Translations under genes and position numbers: made by a program
Source: Alphaproteobacteria bacterium
GTDB taxonomy: Bacteria; Pseudomonadota; Alphaproteobacteria; Caulobacterales; Caulobacteraceae
Assembly (NCBI GenBank): GCA_031415215.1
Contig: JANORH010000251.1
Span: forward strand, 1 to 62,884
Reading direction: 5' to 3'
DNA length: 62,884 bases
The notes under the pieces: generated by a model
Seen by the model: the letters and a program-made list of their open reading frames with translations, nothing else
What the model was told of the DNA's origin: nothing
The model's database searches: none
Shown here: positions 51,351 through 58,778 of the stretch, piece by piece
Layout of the letters: each line of letters starts with the position of its first letter
Numbering within the stretch: position 1 is the first letter of the stretch

Positions 51351-51893
51351 TTATGCTCTCCCTGCGGCTGGCCTGAGTTGGCCCGCGAAGTTTATGTATG
51401 AAGCATCCGCCGGACCGCGCTGGCCGAACGTCCAGCCCGGCATCGCCGCGCGATCCCAGCTGTCGGTCGACTGCGACTGGGCATTCCAGTCGTAACAGGC
51501 CTGCCGGTGTGTGAAGCGCCACGCGCCGTCGCGCCGTTCGAAGGTGTCGAGATAGCGCCCCGCCGCGACCATGTAGGCATCCGGACCCGCCGGCTGTGGC
51601 AGCGCGTGATGGGCGGTGAAGTAGCTCTCTCCGCGCGCGCTGTCGCCGGTGACCTCAATCAGCACGTTGGCGATGCAATGCTGCGTACGTTTCATCGTCC
51701 CCAGCAGCGGCAGGACCCAATCCACGAAGCCAGAGGCTGTGCCCCGGTACCCACCGTGGTCGTCCGTGGCGTCGGCATGGAAGAGGGTGCGAAGCAGGGC
51801 TTCGTCGCAGCGGTCGATGGCTCTGGCCATGCGGTAGACCAGTTCAACACACGCCTGCTTGTCCAGCAGCTCATCCCACGCCGCTTGCGCCAT
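51351..51893 (-). CDS. SnoaL/NTF2-like protein
   Basis: RAIDRCD, FHADATDDHG, TQHCIAN, GRYLDTFERRDG.WR. Confidence 0.87.
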   Translation of the reverse strand: MAQAAWDELLDKQACVELVYRMARAIDRCDEALLRTLFHADATDDHGGYRGTASGFVDWVLPLLGTMKRTQHCIANVLIEVTGDSARGESYFTAHHALPQPAGPDAYMVAAGRYLDTFERRDGAWRFTHRQACYDWNAQSQSTDSWDRAAMPGWTFGQRGPADASYINFAGQLRPAAGRA

Positions 51894-51999
51894 CTTTACG
51901 CTTCCCGATCCGGCAGCTTTGAGCACCGTTGGTCACGAAGATCACCCACGCTGGTTGCCGACGCAAGTGACTTTAATCGACAGTGAATAATTTGCCTGC

Positions 52000-52740
52000 T
52001 CATTGGCTCGGGGTCGTCGTGCCGGCCTTGACCCGGACGCGTGGCTTGATCAGGTCCAGGTCGCCTTCCAGGCTGGGGATACGCCAGAGCGTATGCAGGG
52101 CGATCCGCAGCGCCGACAGCACCTCCGCAATCCGCTCTTCCCGGTGGTCTGGAAAAATCTGCACGAACAGCCAGTCGTTCACCAGTGCCGTGAGGTCCCG
52201 GGCGGCCCGAAACTGGGGCATGTCAGCCAGAGCGGCATTACCGAACAACTCACCCGTAAACCGTTTGGCCTGGGCCTCGACCATCTGCGCCACCTCTTGC
52301 AGCACGGGTCGGAGTACCGGCGTTGTGCGCGCCGCAGTCAGTAGCTCAAGGTGGGCGACACGATATCGGTCAGTGATCGGGTTTGCGACCAGATCAATTG
52401 CGAATTCAACGAGATCCCGGCCAACAGGCGGGTTGGACGCCTGGGCTTCATAGATTTCCCAGTTGCGGCGGGCGACATGCTTGGCAAGCGCGATGACCAC
52501 ATCTTCCTTGGTCGTGAAGTAATACTGCAGGCACCCCCGGGTCACTCCGGCGAGGTCCGCCACCCGCGCCATGCTGGTGCCGTGAAATCCATGCTGGTTG
52601 ATGCAATCCACGGCAGCTTCCAGAATCAGCGCGCGGGTCTGCTCGCTCTTTGGCGTCGCGCGCCGCGAGCGCGCGCTGCGAGGTGCCCGCAGGGGAGGCT
52701 CGGGGATGAGGGATGACGATACCAACTTCAAATTCGCCAT
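52000..52740 (-). CDS. TetR/AcrR family transcriptional regulator
   Basis: TRALILEAAVDCI..GF..TS...VA..AGVTRG.LQYYF..K. Confidence 0.9.
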   Translation of the reverse strand: MANLKLVSSSLIPEPPLRAPRSARSRRATPKSEQTRALILEAAVDCINQHGFHGTSMARVADLAGVTRGCLQYYFTTKEDVVIALAKHVARRNWEIYEAQASNPPVGRDLVEFAIDLVANPITDRYRVAHLELLTAARTTPVLRPVLQEVAQMVEAQAKRFTGELFGNAALADMPQFRAARDLTALVNDWLFVQIFPDHREERIAEVLSALRIALHTLWRIPSLEGDLDLIKPRVRVKAGTTTPSQ

Positions 52741-52782
52741 GACATCCGCCGTTGGGTTCGCATGCGTCAAGCGCACAGCCTT

Positions 52783-52814
52783 CAATATCGTGTTCCGCGT
52801 TTTAAGCGATATTG
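52783..52814. promoter_or_regulatory. Inverted repeat CAATATCG-N16-CGATATTG in the divergent TetR/Rieske promoter
   Basis: 8-bp arms read directly; AT-rich context. Confidence 0.4.
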
Positions 52815-52884
52815 CTTTTTATCCAGCACTCTACACAATCAGGGCGCACCGGGGCGGTGCCGTTTCGCCGGGAAGTGGACAATC

Positions 52885-54228
52885 ATGGCCGATACACTTG
52901 AGACTCGCGATGCCGGCATCAGACGCCTGGCTGACATCTCCAAGGCACCCGACATCAAGCTCGGTGATCGCCCGATCACACCGGAGCGCTACTGGTCGCC
53001 GGAATTCGCGAAGCAGGAATGGGAAAAGGTCTGGACGCGGACCTGGCAGATCGCCGGTGTGAAAGCCCAGCTGATCAAGCCCGGCGATTTCATCACCACC
53101 ACGCTGGGTCCTGAAACCATACTGTGCGTACAGGGCGACGACGGCAAGACGCGGGCTTTCTACAACGTCTGCCAGCATCGCGGCATGCTGCTGATGGCCG
53201 AAGAGCAGGGCAATGCCCGACGGCTGGTCTGCCCTTATCACGGCTGGGCCTACAACCTGAGGGGCGAGCTGCGCGCCGTGCCCGACGAGCCGGACTTCGC
53301 CCAGGGAAGCCCATGTGGAAAGTTGAACCTCGTAGAAATCCCCTGCGAGGTCTGGGCCGGATTCGTCTGGTACAATATGGACCCGAACTGCACTTCGTTG
53401 CGCAGCTACATGGACCCCATCGCCGACCAGATCGACAGCTATCCGATGGACGACATGGTCCGTACCCACTGGGTCACCATGGAGGGCGACTTCAACTGGA
53501 AGCTTGTGCAGGACAATTTCAACGAGTCCTACCATGTCCCCTTCGTCCATCCCCAAACCAAGTATGTGATGGAATACGCCCATCAATACAGTCAGTTCGA
53601 CCTCTATCCCAGCGGCCATGCCCGGATGCTGATGCCCGGCGCCGGTCCGACCAAAACGATGCAGGGCGGCGAGGAAGAGACTCTGAAGTCCATGGCCGAG
53701 GAGCTCAAGTTCTGGGGCCTTGATCCCGATCAATTCCGGGGCGGCAAGACGGGTGAGATCCGTCTCGCGCTACAGCGCCAGAAGCGGCTGCTGGGCGCCG
53801 AGAAAGGCTATGATTTTTCCACCTATCACGACGCCCAGCTCACCGATCACTGGCACTTCACGATCTTCCCGAACCTGTCGTTCAGCCTGAAGCCCGACGG
53901 CAATATCTGGCTAAGGGCCCGACCGCACGAGAGCGATCCCCAGAAGTGCTATTTTGACATGTGGTACATGACCCTGTTCCCGAAAGGTCAGACCAAATAC
54001 TTCTCGCAGAGCATGGGCGACTGGGTCGACGTCGATGTCCCCGCGCCTCACCAGCAGGGCAAGCTGGGCGAAGTCTCGATGGGTCCGGGCATCGATCAGG
54101 ATCTGTCAGTCTGGTACGGCCAGCAGAAAGCGCTGCATTCACGTGGCTATCGTCGTGACTATCTCGCAGGCCAGGAAAGCCGCGTGCGGTTCTTCCACGA
54201 AAACCTTGAGCGCTGGATGCTGGAATAG
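52885..54228 (+). CDS. Rieske non-heme iron oxygenase alpha subunit (4)
   Basis: CQHRG..CPYHG, NWK..DNFNESYH..VHP, DQD, QE.R. Confidence 0.92.
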   Translation: MADTLETRDAGIRRLADISKAPDIKLGDRPITPERYWSPEFAKQEWEKVWTRTWQIAGVKAQLIKPGDFITTTLGPETILCVQGDDGKTRAFYNVCQHRGMLLMAEEQGNARRLVCPYHGWAYNLRGELRAVPDEPDFAQGSPCGKLNLVEIPCEVWAGFVWYNMDPNCTSLRSYMDPIADQIDSYPMDDMVRTHWVTMEGDFNWKLVQDNFNESYHVPFVHPQTKYVMEYAHQYSQFDLYPSGHARMLMPGAGPTKTMQGGEEETLKSMAEELKFWGLDPDQFRGGKTGEIRLALQRQKRLLGAEKGYDFSTYHDAQLTDHWHFTIFPNLSFSLKPDGNIWLRARPHESDPQKCYFDMWYMTLFPKGQTKYFSQSMGDWVDVDVPAPHQQGKLGEVSMGPGIDQDLSVWYGQQKALHSRGYRRDYLAGQESRVRFFHENLERWMLE

Positions 54229-54251
54229 TCTGGCCGCCCAGGTTTCCAATA

Positions 54252-54267
54252 AACAATCATGCTTGTC
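54252..54267 (+). promoter_or_regulatory. Operator-like near-palindrome ACAATCATGCTTGT
   Basis: One mismatch from the perfect dyad ACAAGCATGCTTGT; upstream of the lipoyl-hydrolase gene. Confidence 0.45.
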
Positions 54268-54344
54268 GGTTTTCGGGTGCGCTGTTAGGTAGCCCGGCCG
54301 ACAGCGGCGCACGCCGTAAGGTCCGCACGCACTGAGGAGCCACG

Positions 54345-55466
54345 ATGTCCGAGGTCACCCCGATCCGCATGCCGAAGTGGGGCCTCTCGATGCAAGAGGG
54401 CGCCATCGTCGAATGGTGGAAGGCCCAGGGCGATACGATCGCCGAGGGCGACGATCTGGTGGATATCGAAACCTCCAAGATCACCAATGTCTGCGAGAGT
54501 CCGGCGGCGGGCGTTCTGCGGCGTATCGTGGCCCAGCCCGGCGAGACCCTGCCGGTCGGCGCGCTGATCGGCGTTGTCGGCTCTTCGGCGGTGTCCGAGG
54601 CTGATATCGACGCATACATCACTGACTTCCAGGCCAGTTTCACTCCCGAGGAGACCGAGGACGGCGAGGCCGCAGGTTTGGCGACCACCATGGTCAAGGC
54701 CGGTGATCGAAGCCTCCGGATCGCCCGACTCGGCCCCGCGGAAGGCGCGCCGGTGGTCCTGATCCATGGCTACTCCGGCGACCTCAATAACTGGCTGTTC
54801 AACATTGAGGCTGTGGCCGCGTTGAACCCCGTCATCGCGCTTGACCTGCCCGGCCATGGCGGCTCGACAAAGGATGTCGGGGACGGCTCCCTGAGAACCC
54901 TGGCCCAGAGTGTTGGCGCAATGCTCGACACGCTCGATGTGCGACATGCGCATCTGGTGGGGCATTCCCTTGGTGCCGCAGTGGCGGCCCGCCTGGCGGC
55001 TGATCGGCCTGGGTTTGCACTTTCCCTGACGCTGATTGCGCCAGCTGGACTATCCGCCTCGCCGATCTCCGAGGTGTTCCTCTCCGGTGTCATCGACGCA
55101 CAACGCGCGCGCGACCTGCGGCCGGTCCTGGAGCTATTGCTCGCCGATCCGACCGCCGTGACGAAGGACATGATCGACGACATCCTGAAGTTCAAGCGTC
55201 TGGATGGCGTTGAAGAGGCGCTCATGGCCCTGCGCGACAGAATGGTCGCGGGTGATGACACCGTCGCCCTGCGCGCGGATCTTCCGAAGATCCCCAAGGC
55301 GCTGGTCATCGCCTCGCGCAATGACCGCATCGTCGGCGCACCGGACGAAGCGGCCCTACCCGCCGGCTTCACCGTCGCCTGGATCGACGGCGCGGGGCAT
55401 ATGCCGCATCTGGAGAAATCTGCCGAGGTCAACGCCTTGGTCGCGGCTCAGATCAAAGGCATCTAA
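54345..55466 (+). CDS. acoC: Lipoyl domain plus alpha/beta-hydrolase fusion (AcoC-type acetoin dehydrogenase E2)
   Basis: MPKWGLSMQEG, IETSKIT lipoyl Lys, LIHGYSGD.NNW, DLPGHG, GHSLG, GHMPH. Confidence 0.85.
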   Translation: MSEVTPIRMPKWGLSMQEGAIVEWWKAQGDTIAEGDDLVDIETSKITNVCESPAAGVLRRIVAQPGETLPVGALIGVVGSSAVSEADIDAYITDFQASFTPEETEDGEAAGLATTMVKAGDRSLRIARLGPAEGAPVVLIHGYSGDLNNWLFNIEAVAALNPVIALDLPGHGGSTKDVGDGSLRTLAQSVGAMLDTLDVRHAHLVGHSLGAAVAARLAADRPGFALSLTLIAPAGLSASPISEVFLSGVIDAQRARDLRPVLELLLADPTAVTKDMIDDILKFKRLDGVEEALMALRDRMVAGDDTVALRADLPKIPKALVIASRNDRIVGAPDEAALPAGFTVAWIDGAGHMPHLEKSAEVNALVAAQIKGI

Positions 55467-55518
55467 GGACAGGGCCTCATCTCCTGCGAAGTTCGCGACC
55501 AGATCGCCAACCACCCGC

Positions 55519-56196
55519 TCACCCCACCGGGGCCTTGATCTCCCCGCTGCGCAGCATCAGGATCGTGGTCGAAATGAACCCGCGCAGCCGCACGCGCCGC
55601 TCGCGCTCGTTCCAGATGTCGCGGTGCAGCAGCAGGCCCTGCATGCCGGCGATGCAGAAATCCATGGCCAGTTCATAGGCACCCGGATCACCCTGCCATT
55701 CGGGAAACGCCCGGAAGACCTCGGCGCGCTCAAGCTGCTCATAGTGCCTCGCCTTGGGCAAAAACGTCTCGCGCAGCTCGGCGTCGGTCCGCGCCGCCAT
55801 CATCAGTTCCAGATAGGCACCGAACTCCCGCGTCAGCAGGCTCTGCCAATAGATCTCGATGCCCGCATTGCGATCGACCCGTTCACCTTCGGAAAGGTCG
55901 CCAATCGCCGCCATGAAATTCTCCATGCGCCGGTAGAACGTGTACTCGATCACCGAGGCTATGAGGTCCTGCTTGGTGGCATAGTGATGCAGCATCGCAC
56001 CGCGCGAAATTCCCGCCATCTGGGCAATCAGTTGCGTGGTCGTCCGCGCAAAACCATGCTCCTGCAGGCAATCGATGGCCGCCTCCAGAATGGCCAGCCG
56101 GGTCTGGATGCTCTTTCGCTGCTGCCAGTTCTGGCCTTCGGAATCGAGACCTTCAGGTTCCAGTTGTGTCAGTGTCATGGTCGGCAACTCACTCAT
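55519..56196 (-). CDS. TetR/AcrR family transcriptional regulator
   Basis: TRLAILEAAIDCL..GFARTTTQLIAQMAGISRGAMLHHYATK. Confidence 0.92.
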   Translation of the reverse strand: MSELPTMTLTQLEPEGLDSEGQNWQQRKSIQTRLAILEAAIDCLQEHGFARTTTQLIAQMAGISRGAMLHHYATKQDLIASVIEYTFYRRMENFMAAIGDLSEGERVDRNAGIEIYWQSLLTREFGAYLELMMAARTDAELRETFLPKARHYEQLERAEVFRAFPEWQGDPGAYELAMDFCIAGMQGLLLHRDIWNERERRVRLRGFISTTILMLRSGEIKAPVG

Positions 56197-56312
56197 TCGC
56201 AAACTCCGATCCAGGCCAGCGGCATCCGACTCATCACCTCACCATACTATAACGCCTTGCCACCTTCGCCGGAGCGAATTGCCGATAGACGACGGAAGCC
56301 GTTCGCCTATAG

Positions 56313-56344
56313 TGGCAGATAACAAACAATCAGGTTGGCTTTTT
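56313..56344 (+). promoter_or_regulatory. Operator-like motif TGGCAGATAACAAACAATCAGGTTGGCTTTTT
   Basis: 16/19 match to TGGCACAGAACAAGCAATC at 12504; in the divergent TetR/SDR promoter. Confidence 0.45.
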
Positions 56345-56382
56345 GCTGAAACGCCAAGCAGAACCAAAGGGAGTGGAACACC

Positions 56383-57144
56383 ATGGATCTCGGCCTCAAA
56401 GGTCTTAAAGCCATCCTGGCTGGTGCCACCAAGGGTATCGGGCGGGCGACCGCCGAAGCGCTCGCCGCCGAGGGCTGCGACGTCGCCGTTTGCGCTCGCG
56501 GCGCTGAAGGCGTGGAGGCCACCGTCGCCTCGCTGAAGGCCAAGGGCGTCAAGGCGTTCGGTGAGGCCGTGGATATGGCAGACGCTGACGCCTACAAGGC
56601 CTGGGTCACGCGCGCCGCAGAGGCCCTCGGTGGCTGCGACATCTTCATCTCGTTCGCCTCGGCTGGCGGCGGTCCGGCCAGCGAGAAGGCCTGGAAGGCG
56701 GTCTTCGATCTGGACCTGCTGGCCACCTATCGCGGCATTGATGCCGCCTTGCCGTACCTCGAAAAATCCAAGGCCGGCTCGATCATTGCCGTGTCGTCCA
56801 CGGCAGCAGTCGAGGAATTCCTCGGACCCCAGGCTTACAACGCTATCAAGGCTGCGGTGATCAACTATGCCTCGGCGCTCAGCCAGCAACTCGCGCCCAA
56901 ACAGATCCGGGTTAACACGGTCTCGCCGGGGCCGGTGTTCATCAAGGGCGGCTCCTGGGACATGATCAAGACCCACATGACCCCGCTCTATGACCAGACC
57001 GTCAAGGCAGTGCCGATGGGTCGACTGGGCACCGGCGAAGAAATCGCAAAGGCCATCGTCTTCATGGCCTCCCCCGCTTGCCCGTTCATGACCGGCGCCA
57101 ATGTGGTCATCGACGGTGGCGTCACGAAACGCGTCCAGTACTAG
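56383..57144 (+). CDS. SDR family oxidoreductase (paralog of 35905-36663)
   Basis: MDLGLKG..GATKGIG, YNAIK, IRVNTVSPGP, IDGGVTKRVQ. Confidence 0.92.
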   Translation: MDLGLKGLKAILAGATKGIGRATAEALAAEGCDVAVCARGAEGVEATVASLKAKGVKAFGEAVDMADADAYKAWVTRAAEALGGCDIFISFASAGGGPASEKAWKAVFDLDLLATYRGIDAALPYLEKSKAGSIIAVSSTAAVEEFLGPQAYNAIKAAVINYASALSQQLAPKQIRVNTVSPGPVFIKGGSWDMIKTHMTPLYDQTVKAVPMGRLGTGEEIAKAIVFMASPACPFMTGANVVIDGGVTKRVQY

Positions 57145-57153
57145 GTCCACACC

Positions 57154-57921
57154 GTGACCGAAACGCCCAAGAAGCGCATCGACGCCGTCCTGATCGCGGC
57201 CGGAAAGTACCACGATATCGATTTCGCGCGGCTGGAGCTGCTCAAGCTTCTGGCCAGCGATGACCGGGTGCGGGTGCGCGTGTTTGAGGACTATTCCAAC
57301 CTCGACGCCATCCGCGCAGCCGATTTCCTGGTGACTTACACCTGCGACGTGATCCCCCGGCTGGACGAGCAGGAGGCCCTGCGCGCCTGGCTGGAGAACG
57401 GCGGGAAGTGGTACGCCCTGCACGGCACCAATTCGATCCTGCGCTTCCTGGCCAACGGTCAGGTCGACAGTCCCCGCTGGGCACCACACTTCATGGAGAC
57501 GTTGGGCTCCATGTTCATCGCCCACCCACCGATCCAGCCCTATACGGTGTCCGTCGCCGATCCGAGCCACCCCCTCGTCAAGGGCATCGAACCGTTCCAG
57601 GCGGACGATGAACTTTATCTGATGGAAACCCACGGCCACCTCCACGTCCTGCTGGACACCGAGTTTGAGGGCGAGGCCACAGGCTTCGTGGATCACGCGT
57701 GGCCCAAGGCCAGGCATCCGGTCTTCTACCTGCATCCCGTCGGCAAGGGGCAAGTGCTCTATCTGACCCTCGGCCACTGCCGCGGTCACTACGACATGCA
57801 GCCGATGATGGAATTCTACCCTGTGCCGGAAAAAGGCTCCTGGGCCCTGCCGGTGTTCTACGAATTGCTGGGTCGGGGCCTTGAGTGGGCCAAGACGCCG
57901 GCTGGAGTCACCGCCAAATGA
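57154..57921 (+). CDS. ThuA-domain protein, copy 3
   Basis: YHDID, LENGGKWYALHG, HPLVKGI..F...DELY, GKGQVLYLTLGH, RGLEWA. Confidence 0.8.
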   Translation: MTETPKKRIDAVLIAAGKYHDIDFARLELLKLLASDDRVRVRVFEDYSNLDAIRAADFLVTYTCDVIPRLDEQEALRAWLENGGKWYALHGTNSILRFLANGQVDSPRWAPHFMETLGSMFIAHPPIQPYTVSVADPSHPLVKGIEPFQADDELYLMETHGHLHVLLDTEFEGEATGFVDHAWPKARHPVFYLHPVGKGQVLYLTLGHCRGHYDMQPMMEFYPVPEKGSWALPVFYELLGRGLEWAKTPAGVTAK

Positions 57922-58232
57922 GCGTCTATCTGATCGCCACCATCGAGGTGAAGGCCTCCCTCTTCGGCCCCTTCACCGAGGCTATGGGTACACTACAGGC
58001 CATCGTCGAATCCGCCGGTTGGAAACTTGCCAGCGCCTATGTGCTCAGGACCGGCCAACTCAACACCGTCATCGACGTCTGGGAGTTGAACGACCACAAT
58101 CACATGAACGCCGGGTTCGCCGCCGTCGGGACAGATCCCCGCGCGGCCGGGATCACGGCGGTGCTTCAGGAGGCGATCATCAAGGAAACGCTGACCTTCG
58201 CCGACGCCATCACCTATCCGAAGCCGGCCTGA
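57918..58232 (+). CDS. NIPSNAP-like small alpha+beta barrel protein
   Basis: GWKL......TGQLNTVIDVWE motif; ATGA overlap with the ThuA stop. Confidence 0.65.
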   Translation: MSVYLIATIEVKASLFGPFTEAMGTLQAIVESAGWKLASAYVLRTGQLNTVIDVWELNDHNHMNAGFAAVGTDPRAAGITAVLQEAIIKETLTFADAITYPKPA

Positions 58233-58241
58233 ACCCCGCCT

Positions 58242-58778
58242 CTACCCCAACCGTCTTACCGGGTCCGTCCCGTCCCAGTCGCACGCGGCGTCGCGCATCA
58301 TGCCGAAGAACTCGCGGCCGCCCGCGCCAGTCTTGAGGATCTCCACTATCGTCCCCGGACCACCGCCCGTATCCACGTAGATCACCTCGCCGCCGCCGGC
58401 GACCTTGCCCTCCTGGACGACTACAGCGCCGGCCTGGGCGCAGACTGCGCGCGCCGCGGCCATGTCGTCGACCAGGATACAGACGTGATGCAGGCCCTCG
58501 CGGCCCTCGTCGCGCCAGGCCTTGTAGATCGACGGCGCATCGTTGTGCTGTCGGATCAGTTCGATCTGGATGTCGCCCCAATAGCCGATGACCATCGAGA
58601 AATCGATCTGGGCCGGCGCGCCGCGATACTTCATGTCCTCAAGCTGTACGTGGTCCAGGGCGAAGAATGGCCCGACGCCCATGGTCTTGGTCCAGAACGC
58701 GAGCGCGGCATCGAAATCGGCTGGCACATAGGCCATCTGCATCACCGTTCCCAGCGAGGCGATCGTATTGGCGCTCAT
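58242..58778 (-). CDS. VOC/glyoxalase superfamily protein (methylmalonyl-CoA epimerase-like)
   Basis: QMAYV.DFDAA..FW...GVGPF, QIELI, GLHHVC, Y.DT....IVEI. Confidence 0.85.
   Translation of the reverse strand: MSANTIASLGTVMQMAYVPADFDAALAFWTKTMGVGPFFALDHVQLEDMKYRGAPAQIDFSMVIGYWGDIQIELIRQHNDAPSIYKAWRDEGREGLHHVCILVDDMAAARAVCAQAGAVVVQEGKVAGGGEVIYVDTGGGPGTIVEILKTGAGGREFFGMMRDAACDWDGTDPVRRLG

Noticed and set aside
56239-57789. 516-aa minus-strand ORF
   Set aside because: Antisense to the well-supported SDR and ThuA genes; no domain signature
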